NCBI GenBank assembly: GCA_050186825.1
Contig: JBFWYD010000031.1
Span: 1 to 43,998 of the forward strand
Direction: 5' to 3'
Length of the DNA stretch: 43,998 bases
From: Planctomycetota bacterium
GTDB lineage: Bacteria; Planctomycetota; J058
Below are positions 28,881 to 36,693 of this stretch, one piece after another. The notes under the pieces were generated by a model. It had not been told where the DNA came from. It searched no databases and saw only the letters and a list, made by a program, of their open reading frames with translations. The stretch's first letter is position 1. The number at the start of each line of letters is the position of its first letter. Both the position numbers and the translations under genes were made by a program.

Positions 28881-30407
28881 TCACCTCCCCGGCGGAGCGG
28901 CGAGGACGGCGGGGCGGCCGGTGACCAGGGCGTAGGTCCAGGGGTCGGCGAGGTGGGGCTCGCCCGGGAGGGCCTGGGTCGGGCACTCGGGCTCGCGCGT
29001 GCGACCGCGCATGCTGCGGCCGGCGGCGTGGCCGAGGACGGCGAGCCAGGCGCCGAGGAGCGCGGCGAGCAGCCAGCGTTGGGTGGGAGCGTGGCGGCGC
29101 CAGCGGACCAGGAGCTCGACGGCGGCGAGGGGGGCGAGGGCGCTGAGCGGCGCGATCGTGAAGCGCGTCGGGTCGTCGGTGGACCAGACCACGATCGTGG
29201 CGGCTGCGAGGCCCGCGGCGGCGAGGGCGAGCAGGCGACCGGCCGGGGCGCGCAGCGAGAGCAGGGCCAGGGGCAGGACCAGGAAGGCGTTCTTGGGCAG
29301 GAGGGCCGCCTCGAGCTGGTGCGCGAGGTTGCGCGCGATGCCCGCGAGGATCTGGGCCAGGCCCGCGGGCGGGGCGCTGCGCGCGGGGTCCATCAGGTCC
29401 TCGTAGCGCGCGGCGCGCAGCAGGTCGAGCTGCGGGGCGAGCACGCCGGTCGCGGCGCAGAGCGCGGCGTTGAGCGCGGCGAGGAGCGCGAGCAGCGCGA
29501 GCGCACGGCGGCGCCGGCCGCCCGCCCAGTGCCAGAGCACGAGCAGCGGGACCAGCACCCAGGCCTCGGGACGCGCGAAGCGGGCCAGGCCGGCGCAGAG
29601 GGCCTCGCCGAGGAGCGTGCCCCGACCGGCCGGGTCGAGCTCTCCCTGCCAGGCGAGGCGGAGGGCGGCGAGGACGAGCACCAGCCCCAGCGGCTCGGCC
29701 CAGAGGTGCACCGAGGCGCGGACCAGGAAGGGCAACCAGGCGACGGTCAGCCCTCCGAGCAGGGAGCACATGACCAAGGGAGCGCCGCGCAGACCGCGGC
29801 GCCGCGCGAGCTCGCCGCCGAGCGAGGCCGCGAGGACGGCGGCGAGCGCGGCCAGAGCCACGCCGCTGAGCTGGAGCGCGGCCGGTGGCCAGCCCGGCTC
29901 CGGGCGGACCAGGGGCGCGAGCAGCCACGGGTAGAGGGGAGCGCGCTCGCCGTAGGCCTCGTGGACGGCCGGAGCCTGCACGTCCGCGGCCTGGAAGCGG
30001 ACGCGGATCGGCAGGACGAAGCCCTCACCGGCGCGCAGCGAGCGCGCGATCAACAGGTTCTCGGCCGCATCGGGGCTGTGGTGGAAGTCGCGCAGGGCAG
30101 GCTCGAGGCGCGGGAGGACCGCGAGCACCGCGACCAGGAGCGCGAGCGCGATCCTCGGCAGGAGCCCAGGTCCATCCCGCGACACGGCCGCGAAGTCACG
30201 CGACCTCGACGCGGCCGCGGAGTCGCTCGACCTCGACACGGCCGCGAAGTCACGCGACCTCGACGCGACCGTGCTCTCACTCGACCTCGACGCGGCCGCG
30301 GAGTCGCTCGGCCTCGACGCGACCGTGCTCTCACTCGACCTCGACGCGGCCGCGGACTCGCTCGGCCTCGGAGACGCACGCGCGGGCTCGGGGATCGGGC
30401 TCGACAC
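28881..30407 (-). CDS. polytopic membrane glycosyltransferase-like protein (GT39/PMT_2/ArnT-like) with an N-terminal Ser-rich tandem 9-aa repeat region
   Basis: The C-terminal ~440 aa are extremely hydrophobic with at least 9 predicted TM helices. The first-loop motif is LRDFHHSPDAAENLLIARSLRAGEGFVL, resembling the D-E/A-A...Y/L loop of PMT_2/ArnT proteins. The start is assigned to GTG 30407-30405, 8 nt after the DUF58 stop, which places the 27-bp x7 repeat in-frame. An alternative start lies near 30193, after the repeat. The upstream 324 codons of the tracker ORF are Arg/Pro junk antisense to the DUF58 gene. Confidence 0.5.
   Translation of the reverse strand: MSSPIPEPARASPRPSESAAASRSSESTVASRPSDSAAASRSSESTVASRSRDFAAVSRSSDSAAASRSRDFAAVSRDGPGLLPRIALALLVAVLAVLPRLEPALRDFHHSPDAAENLLIARSLRAGEGFVLPIRVRFQAADVQAPAVHEAYGERAPLYPWLLAPLVRPEPGWPPAALQLSGVALAALAAVLAASLGGELARRRGLRGAPLVMCSLLGGLTVAWLPFLVRASVHLWAEPLGLVLVLAALRLAWQGELDPAGRGTLLGEALCAGLARFARPEAWVLVPLLVLWHWAGGRRRRALALLALLAALNAALCAATGVLAPQLDLLRAARYEDLMDPARSAPPAGLAQILAGIARNLAHQLEAALLPKNAFLVLPLALLSLRAPAGRLLALAAAGLAAATIVVWSTDDPTRFTIAPLSALAPLAAVELLVRWRRHAPTQRWLLAALLGAWLAVLGHAAGRSMRGRTREPECPTQALPGEPHLADPWTYALVTGRPAVLAAPPGR
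30184..30372. repeat. 27-bp tandem repeat x7 (minisatellite; consensus approximately gcggccgcggagtcgctcgacctcgac, alternating with the variants acggccgcgaagtcacgcgacctcgac and gcgaccgtgctctcactcgacctcgac)
   Basis: Seven contiguous 27-nt units are read directly. The period is divisible by 3. In the minus gene frame they encode 9-aa units (SRSSESTVA, SRPSDSAAA, SRSRDFAAV). Confidence 0.9.
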
Positions 30408-30415
30408 GCGCGCCT

Positions 30416-31306
30416 TCAGGCGCGCAGCAGCGCGCGGGCGGTGGCCTCGAAGGGGTCCGCGGGCGGGAGCCGCAGGCAGGTCACGCCGGCCTGCTCGAGC
30501 TCGCGGGTCGCGCGGTCGAGGCGGGCGTCGCGCTCGGTGCGCGCGGCCGCGAGGGCCAGGGGGCCGAGGGGGCGCAGCTCGCGGGCGCCGGTCTCGGCGT
30601 CGACGAGCTCGGCCAGGCCGCCCGCGGCGAGGGCCTCGCGCACGGCCGGGGGGACCTCGAGCTCGGGCTCGACCAGGAGCGCGCGCAGCTCGCAGCCGCG
30701 GGCGCGCAGGCGGCGCGCGGCGAGGGGGAGCTCTGGGTTGAGGCCGTCCGAGAGCAGGAGCGCGGCGCCGGGATGGCGGAGGTGCTGGGTGGCCAGGGTC
30801 GCGCCCCGATCGAGCGCGCTGGGGCCGCCGGCGCGGCCAACGGCCAGGAAGCGCAAGAGGCCCCGGAGCTGGCCCGGGCGGCGCAGCTCGTGGCGGCCGA
30901 GGGCCTCGCCGCACCACCAGAGCACCACGCGCACGTCGCGGGCCACGGCCACGGCCGCCAGGGCCGCGGCCGCCAGGGCGGCGCGCTCGAGCGGCGGCGG
31001 GTCGCCCGCGGCCATGGAGCCGCTGGCGTCGAGGAGCAGGTCGAGCCGCGGCTCGGGGAGCTCCTCCTGCACCTTGACCAGCAGGCGGTCGAGGCGCGCG
31101 TAGGCCGGCCAGTCGACCAGGCGCAGGTCGTCGCCCGGGGCGTAGTCGCGCCGGCTGCCCGGCTCGACCCCGCGGCCCGGCTGCTTGAGCGCGAAGCGCC
31201 GGCGTCGCGGCGGCCGGACCCGGCGGGCCAGGACCACCAGACGCTCGAGGCGCGCCGCCGTGCTCGACTCGAGGAGGACGCTCACCGCCGTCGTTGACCT
31301 CGCCAT
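30416..31306 (-). CDS. DUF58 family protein (VWA-like; usually partnered with MoxR AAA+ ATPases)
   Basis: The N-terminal DUF58 signature is G.G.E.GSRRDYAPGDDLRLVDWPAYARLDRLLVKVQEE, followed by the MIDAS-like LDASGSM; the protein is 296 aa. Confidence 0.8.
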   Translation of the reverse strand: MARSTTAVSVLLESSTAARLERLVVLARRVRPPRRRRFALKQPGRGVEPGSRRDYAPGDDLRLVDWPAYARLDRLLVKVQEELPEPRLDLLLDASGSMAAGDPPPLERAALAAAALAAVAVARDVRVVLWWCGEALGRHELRRPGQLRGLLRFLAVGRAGGPSALDRGATLATQHLRHPGAALLLSDGLNPELPLAARRLRARGCELRALLVEPELEVPPAVREALAAGGLAELVDAETGARELRPLGPLALAAARTERDARLDRATRELEQAGVTCLRLPPADPFEATARALLRA

Positions 31307-31364
31307 CCGCGCCCGCCGCCTCGACCAGGGACGAAGGCTGTCGCCTCCTGCAGGCGTCGCTCAG

Positions 31365-31808
31365 GATATCGCTCTCCATGCTCTACGCGCGGGACCCGTG
31401 GCCGGCGACGAGCCGGACCAGCGCGCCGACCTCTACTCCTTCGGCGTCATCCTGTTCGAGCTGCTGACGGGCGCCCTGCCGCTGACCGCGCTGACCGTCC
31501 GCGGCTTCCTGCGCGAGCACCTGGTCGCCGTGCCCCGGACCCTGGCGTCGGTGCGCCCCGAGGTCGCCTGGCCCGAAGGGATCGAGCGGCTCCTCGCGCA
31601 GCTCCTCGCCAAGGGCCCCGGCCAGCGGCCTGCCAGCGCCGCGACGGTCGAGGCCGAGCTCCATCGGCTGGCCAGGCCGATCGCGGCGGCCTTCGCCCAG
31701 GAGCCGCTCGGCCGCCGCCCCGCCGCCCGCACACCTCGTCCCCTGGGTCCCGACCCCGACCGCGTGCGTGGCTCGGGCGCCGTGACGGGCCCGCCCGCGC
31801 GGTCGTAG
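31365..31808 (+). pseudogene. C-terminal fragment of a Hanks-type Ser/Thr kinase (subdomains IX-XI plus tail only), with no N-lobe, catalytic loop or DFG
   Basis: DEPDQRADLYSFGVILFELLTGALP (subdomain IX D.YS.G..L.ELLTG) and the downstream LREHLV...P....RP...P.GIERLLAQLLAKGPGQRP (subdomain XI) are present. Nothing N-terminal to these exists because the DUF58 gene occupies the upstream DNA on the opposite strand. Confidence 0.55.
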
Positions 31809-31837
31809 GGCGGGCCGCGCTGCTGTAACCTCGCGGC

Positions 31838-32638
31838 GTGATCCGGGCCCGTGCTCCGCTCCTGCTCCTGATCGACGGCGCGCTGGTGCCGCACGGACCC
31901 GACCGGGTCACGCTCACCCTGGCCCCCGGCCCCGCCAGCGAGCACCGCTCGCGGGTGCGCGGGCTGGAGCACCAGCTGTGGGTCGACCCCTCGCTCCCGC
32001 CGCCCGCGGACGAGGGGCCGCTCGGGCCCGAGGCCAGCGCGCTGCGCGAGCTGCCCCCGGCGCAGGCCCTCGAGCTCGAGCGCGAGGGCCCCTGGCCGCC
32101 CCGGCCTGGCCTGGCGCTGGCCGCGCGCGCCGCGGCGCTCGCGGCCCTCGAGGCCGCGGCGCCCGCTCCCGCCCCGTCCGACCCGGCGTCCGACCTGGCG
32201 CCCGACCCGGCGCTCCTGGCCCTGCGGGCCGGCGAGCCCTGGCACCTCGCGGACGGGGCGCTGGCCCCGCTCGCGCCCGAGCAGCGGCGCTGGCTGGACG
32301 CGCGGCTGCTGCTCGCGCGCGACCGGACGCTCGGGCGCGGGGCGTCGCCGCGACCGCGCGACCCCGACCCCGGCGCAGGGCTCCTCGCCGTCCCGCCCGC
32401 CCCGCGCGAGCCCGAGCGCCCCGGCCGCTCCGAGCGCGACGCGCGCCAGCGCGCGGGCCTCGAGGCCCACGGCCTCGCGGCCGCGTGGCTGCTCGACGAC
32501 GGGGTGTGGCTGCTGCTCGCCGCGGACGGGCGGCGGGACGAGCTGGCCGCGGCCCTGCCCACGATCGGCCTCGAGCGCCAGCCGCTCTCCCTCGCGGAGC
32601 CGGCGCGCCTCGAGCTGGAAGGAGCGCTCCATGAGTGA
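31838..32638 (+). CDS. hypothetical protein (Ala/Leu/Pro-rich), overlapping the cutA start by 8 nt
   Basis: GTG-start ORF that fills the gap between the kinase fragment and cutA. The composition is protein-like but low-complexity. It is retained mainly because of its overlap-coupled junction with cutA. Confidence 0.35.
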   Translation: MIRARAPLLLLIDGALVPHGPDRVTLTLAPGPASEHRSRVRGLEHQLWVDPSLPPPADEGPLGPEASALRELPPAQALELEREGPWPPRPGLALAARAAALAALEAAAPAPAPSDPASDLAPDPALLALRAGEPWHLADGALAPLAPEQRRWLDARLLLARDRTLGRGASPRPRDPDPGAGLLAVPPAPREPERPGRSERDARQRAGLEAHGLAAAWLLDDGVWLLLAADGRRDELAAALPTIGLERQPLSLAEPARLELEGALHE

Positions 32639-32954
32639 GCCGCGCGGCCTGGTGGTCCTGTGCACGGTCCCCAACGAGGAGGAGGGCGCGCGCCTGGCCC
32701 GGGCGCTCGTCGACGAGCGCGTGGCGGCCTGCGTCAACCTGCTGCCCGGCGTGCGCTCCTTCTACCGCTGGGAGGGCGAGGTCAAGGACGACCCGGAGCT
32801 GCTGCTCGTGATCAAGACCACCCCGGCCCGCCGCGACGCGCTGATCGCGCGGATCCAGGCGCTCCACTCCTACTCCTGCCCCGAGGCGATCGCGCTCCCG
32901 ATCGCGGCCGGGAGCGAGCCCTACCTGCGCTGGCTGGGCGAGGTGACCGCGTGA
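32631..32954 (+). CDS. cutA: divalent-cation tolerance protein CutA
   Basis: 107 aa. The sequence VVLCTVPNEEEGARLARALVDERVAACVNLLPGVRSFYRWEGEVKDDPELLLVIKTT...YSCPEAIALPI is a canonical CutA1 sequence. Confidence 0.9.
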   Translation: MSEPRGLVVLCTVPNEEEGARLARALVDERVAACVNLLPGVRSFYRWEGEVKDDPELLLVIKTTPARRDALIARIQALHSYSCPEAIALPIAAGSEPYLRWLGEVTA

Positions 32955-34357
32955 GCCGTGCGACGACCGTCCTGCTCCTGCTGCTCCTCCTCCTCGGGGC
33001 CGCGGCCCGCGCGCAGGAGACCCCCACGCCGCCGCGCCCGCGCGAGGGTCGCGAGCAGCCCGCGCCCGAGGACGAGCGCTGCCGCCCGACCGACCTCGAG
33101 GCCCTGCGCGCGGCGGCCTTCGCGCCCGAGCGCCTGCGCGCGCGCCGCCGCGCGCTCCTGGCCGGGCTCCCCGAGGACGCGGTGGTCGTGATCGCGGGCC
33201 CGCCCGCCGAGAGCGACATCCTCGGCTACCGGCCCGAGCCGAACCTGCTCTACCTCTCGGGCCAGACCGATCCCTCGCTGACGCTCCTGCTCAGCAAGGA
33301 CGAGGACGTGATCTTCGCGCCCGAGCGCGACAAGCGCTGGGAGCGCTGGAACGGGGAGCGCCTGGCCGTGGGCAGCCCGCAGGCGGCCGCCTCGGGCTTC
33401 GGCGAGGTCGTGGCCAAGGGTCAGCGCAAGGCGCGCGTGCTCGCCGCGCTCGAGCGGCACAAGGGCGGGCTGTTCCTGCTCGGGGTCAGCCCCGCCGAGC
33501 TCGGGCTCGAGGGCGCGCCGCAGCACCGCTCGCCGGCCCCCGCGCTGGCGCGCCTGCGCCAGGTCAAGGACGCGGGCGAGCTGGCCCTGCTCGAGCGCGC
33601 CGCGGACATCACCTGCGCCGCGCTGGGCGAGGCCGCGGCCTCGGTCCGCCCCGGGCAGTACGAGTACGAGGTCGAGGCCGTGATCGAGTACCTGTTCGCG
33701 CGCTACGGCGCGCAGCGCCCGGGCTTCACCTCGATCGTCGGCTCGGGCCCCAACTCCTGCGTGCTGCACTACGGGAGCAACCGGCGCCGGATCGGCGCGG
33801 GCGAGCTGGTCGTGATGGACGTGGGCGCCGAGCTCTTCGGCTACACCGCGGACATCACGCGCACGGTCCCCAGCTCCGGCGCCTTCTCCCCGCGCCAGCG
33901 CGAGATCTACGAGCTGGTGCTGGCGGCCCAGAAGGCGGGCTTCGCCGCGGTGCGCCCCGGGGCCACCCTCGGCGACGTGGACGCGGCCGCGCGCAAGGTG
34001 ATCAAGGACGCGGGCTACGGGAGCTACTTCGCCCACTTCACCTCGCACTGGCTGGGGCTCGACGTGCACGACGTGGGCGAGCACCGGCGCGCGCTCGAGC
34101 CGGGGATGGTGCTCACGGTCGAGCCGGGGATCTACCTGAGCAAGGAGGACCTCGGGGTGCGGATCGAGGACTACGTGGTCGTCACCAAGGACGGCTGCCG
34201 CGTGCTCTCGGACGGGGTGCCCCGCACGGTCGCGGCGCTCGAGGCCCTGGCCAGGCGCGAGGGCGTGGGCAAGCTGCGGGTCACGCCCCTGCCCCCGCGC
34301 GCCCCCGTCGCCCCGAAGCCCTCGGGCGCGCGCCAGTTCGAGCTGCGCCTGCGCTGA
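32951..34357 (+). CDS. secreted Xaa-Pro aminopeptidase (M24B family, PepP-like)
   Basis: The GTG overlaps the cutA stop (GTGA). Signal peptide VSRATTVLLLLLLLLGAAARAQ. The M24 pita-bread motifs appear in order: HYGSN, VVMDVGAELFGYTADITRT, HFTSHWLGLDVHD, TVEPGIYL and RIEDYVVVT. Confidence 0.85.
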   Translation: MSRATTVLLLLLLLLGAAARAQETPTPPRPREGREQPAPEDERCRPTDLEALRAAAFAPERLRARRRALLAGLPEDAVVVIAGPPAESDILGYRPEPNLLYLSGQTDPSLTLLLSKDEDVIFAPERDKRWERWNGERLAVGSPQAAASGFGEVVAKGQRKARVLAALERHKGGLFLLGVSPAELGLEGAPQHRSPAPALARLRQVKDAGELALLERAADITCAALGEAAASVRPGQYEYEVEAVIEYLFARYGAQRPGFTSIVGSGPNSCVLHYGSNRRRIGAGELVVMDVGAELFGYTADITRTVPSSGAFSPRQREIYELVLAAQKAGFAAVRPGATLGDVDAAARKVIKDAGYGSYFAHFTSHWLGLDVHDVGEHRRALEPGMVLTVEPGIYLSKEDLGVRIEDYVVVTKDGCRVLSDGVPRTVAALEALARREGVGKLRVTPLPPRAPVAPKPSGARQFELRLR

Positions 34358-34950
34358 TGGACCACGGCCGCCGGACGCAGGAGCGGGCCGCGGCGGCCGG
34401 CGACCCCGAGGCCGCGGCCGCCCTCCTGCTCGCGCGGGTGCGCGACGGGGAGCTGGAGCGCGAGGGCCTGGAGCTCGCCGCGCACCTCGGCGAGGTCGCG
34501 GCAGCGCTGGCCCTGGGCCAGGCCGCGCCGCCGCCGCTCGAGCTCGAGCCCTGGCTCCAGGCGCTGGCGCGCTGGCCGGTCGAGGTCGCGCGCCGCGCGG
34601 TCTACGCCCTGGCCAGCCTGGCCGAGGACCGACGCCCGGGCGGCGCGCCCGACCCCGAGCTCGACGACATGCTGCGCGACTACCTGCGCCAGGCGCTCCC
34701 GGAGTACCGCCGCCAGATCCTGCGCCGCCAGCTCGAGCGCCAGACGAGCTCGCGCTGGCAGCAGGAGGCGACCAAGGCGGCCGCGTCCGCCGGCCCCGAG
34801 CGCGCCCTGCGGGTCCAGGCCGCGCAGCGCGCCTACGGCCTGGCGCAGCTCCTGCTCGGCGCGGGCGTCCAGGAGGAGGAGCTGCGCGCCGCCGTGCGCG
34901 CGCTGCTCCTGCCCTGGGCCCTGGGCGGGCCGGATCCGCTGGCGCCGTGA
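34357..34950 (+). CDS. hypothetical protein (197 aa)
   Basis: The ATG overlaps the upstream stop (TGATG). The composition is protein-like, with no recognisable motif. Confidence 0.35.
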   Translation: MDHGRRTQERAAAAGDPEAAAALLLARVRDGELEREGLELAAHLGEVAAALALGQAAPPPLELEPWLQALARWPVEVARRAVYALASLAEDRRPGGAPDPELDDMLRDYLRQALPEYRRQILRRQLERQTSSRWQQEATKAAASAGPERALRVQAAQRAYGLAQLLLGAGVQEEELRAAVRALLLPWALGGPDPLAP

Positions 34951-35010
34951 GCCCCGGCTGACCACCATGGCCCCCGTGCGAACGCGTCCGCGGAGCCCCG
35001 AGGTCGGCCG

Positions 35011-36540
35011 GTGAGCCAGGAGCTGCCAGGCATCCCGCTCGAGGTGCTGGAGCGAATCGGCGCGGGCGGGATGGGCGAGGTCTACCGCGCCCGCGACGCG
35101 CAGGGCCGCGCGCTCGCGCTCAAGCTCCTGCTGCGCGGGCAGGGCGAGGGCGACCCGACCGTGCGCCGACGCCGCTTCGAGCGCGAGGCCGCGGCCCTCG
35201 AGCGCGTCCAGCACCCCAACGTCGTCGGCGTGGTCGCGCGCGGCGACTCTCCTCGCGGCCCCTGGCTGGCCATGCCCTTCCTCGAGGGCGAGCCGCTCGA
35301 GGCCAAGCTCCCGCTCCCGATCCCCGCCGCGCTCGAGCTCGCGCTCCAGCTCGGCGCGGGGCTCCGGGCCGCGCACGCGGTGGGCGTCCTGCACCGCGAC
35401 CTCAAGCCGGACAACGTCGTGGTGTGTCGGGACGGGCGCTACGTGCTCGTGGACTTCGGGCTGACCAAGGACGTCGAGGGCCAGGGTCAGTCCGGGACCC
35501 TGACCCGCACCGGGATGCTCCAGGGCACGCCCGGCTACTGGGCGCCCGAGCAGGCCGCGGGCGAGGGGCGACGCGTGAGCGTCGAGACCGACGTCTACGG
35601 CTACGGCGCGACGCTCTACGCGGCGCTGACCGGCGTCCCGCCGGCCGACGGTCAGACCCTGCTCGAGCTGCTGGTCGCGACCCAGGAGCGACCGCCGCGG
35701 GCGCCGCGCGAGCTGCGCCCCGAGGTCCCCGCCTGGCTCGAGGCCTTCGTGCTCCGCTGCCTGGAGAAGAGCCCGAGCGCGCGCTACCCGAGCATGGAGG
35801 CCGCCCTGGAGGCGCTCCACGCGGGGATCGCGGGGCAGGCGCCCACCTGGCGCTGCTCAGGCTGCGGCGAGCCGCCCCGCGGCGGGGTCACGCCGCTCGT
35901 CTGCGTGTGCGGCAAGCAGTACCACCCGCTCTGCCTGCGCACCCAGCCCTGCGCGACCCCCGGCTGCGGAGGCGGCGGTCGCGCCAGCGGACGGGCGAGC
36001 CCCGGCCCCGGCCTGGTGGTGGACCCCGAGCCCGAGCCCCAGGAGCGCGCGCCCTCGCCGCTCCGGCGTCTGTTCGCCAACCCCGAGCGGGTCCAGACCG
36101 CGGTCTTCCTCTCGGCGATCGCCCTCGGCACCCTCCCCGGCCTGGCGCTCCTCCACGCCCACTGGGGCGCCAGCGCGGGCGGCGCCGAGCTCCGCGAGGC
36201 CGCGACGTTCCTCGCCGTCGGCGCCGTCGCGGGCGGGGTCCTGGCGGTGATCGCCCTGGCCGCCCTGGAGTGGCTCGGCGACCTGGTCCGCCAGCGCGAC
36301 GACCCCAAGATCCGCCTGACCTGCCTGACGATCCTGGGGAGCGCCCTCCTGGCCAGCGCCCTGGTCGCGGGCGAGAGCTGGCAGGCAGGCCGCAGCCCCA
36401 CTCAGGTGCTGGTGGTCGGGGTGCTCAGCTTCGTGGGCACCTTCGTGCTCGTGGGCCTGTTCATGGTCAGCGTCGTCGGCCAGGCGCTGGTCGCGCTGGT
36501 CGAGGCGCTGCGGGCGCTGCTCCGGGGCCGACGGCGCTGA
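35011..36540 (+). CDS. Hanks-type Ser/Thr kinase with a C-terminal Cys-cluster (zinc-ribbon-like) and a polytopic TM tail
   Basis: Kinase motifs: GAGGMGEVY, LALKLL, HRDLKPDN, DFGLTKD, GTPGYWAPEQ, DVYGYGATLY. Then WRCSGCGEPPRGGVTPLVCVCGKQYHPLC...CATPGCGGGG, and then 3-4 hydrophobic helices. Confidence 0.8.
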   Translation: MSQELPGIPLEVLERIGAGGMGEVYRARDAQGRALALKLLLRGQGEGDPTVRRRRFEREAAALERVQHPNVVGVVARGDSPRGPWLAMPFLEGEPLEAKLPLPIPAALELALQLGAGLRAAHAVGVLHRDLKPDNVVVCRDGRYVLVDFGLTKDVEGQGQSGTLTRTGMLQGTPGYWAPEQAAGEGRRVSVETDVYGYGATLYAALTGVPPADGQTLLELLVATQERPPRAPRELRPEVPAWLEAFVLRCLEKSPSARYPSMEAALEALHAGIAGQAPTWRCSGCGEPPRGGVTPLVCVCGKQYHPLCLRTQPCATPGCGGGGRASGRASPGPGLVVDPEPEPQERAPSPLRRLFANPERVQTAVFLSAIALGTLPGLALLHAHWGASAGGAELREAATFLAVGAVAGGVLAVIALAALEWLGDLVRQRDDPKIRLTCLTILGSALLASALVAGESWQAGRSPTQVLVVGVLSFVGTFVLVGLFMVSVVGQALVALVEALRALLRGRRR

Positions 36541-36571
36541 CTACGCCGCCCGGCTGACTTGCTCCGGTTCC

Positions 36572-36645
36572 CTCGTGCTCGTGCTCGTAGACGTCGTCGC
36601 GACTACGTCCACGCTCACGTCGACGATCACGAGCACGAGCACGGA
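36572..36645. terminator. large imperfect palindrome (cctcgtgctcgtgctcgt ... acgagcacgagcacgg, 15-bp arms, ~40-nt spacer with internal dyad symmetry) between convergent genes
   Basis: Located in the 153-bp gap between the 3' ends of the kinase (plus) and the S8 peptidase (minus). It is a candidate bidirectional terminator; there is no U-tract. Confidence 0.35.
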
Positions 36646-36693
36646 CGCGCCAGGCATCCAATCAAGCGGTCGACGCTGAAGCCCGCCGGTCGG

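Noticed and set aside
28953-31103. 716-aa plus-strand ORF and other frames (28756..29928 -, 29885..31297 +, 30271..30741 +, 30050..30379 -) over the glycosyltransferase-like and DUF58 genes
   Set aside because: Antisense junk. The ORF 30271..30741 (+) reads the 27-bp minisatellite as LDLDAAAES repeats but has no start context and runs antisense into the DUF58 gene.
31433-32867. ORFs 31433..32737 (-), 31447..32562 (-), 31914..32867 (-), 31978..32634 (+)
   Set aside because: Alternative frames over the kinase fragment and hypothetical gene. Compositionally these are Arg/Ala/Gly/Pro junk.
32921-35820. ORFs 32921..34084 (-) and 34171..35820 (-, 549 aa)
   Set aside because: Antisense to the M24 aminopeptidase and to the kinase. 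The sense genes have full motif sets.
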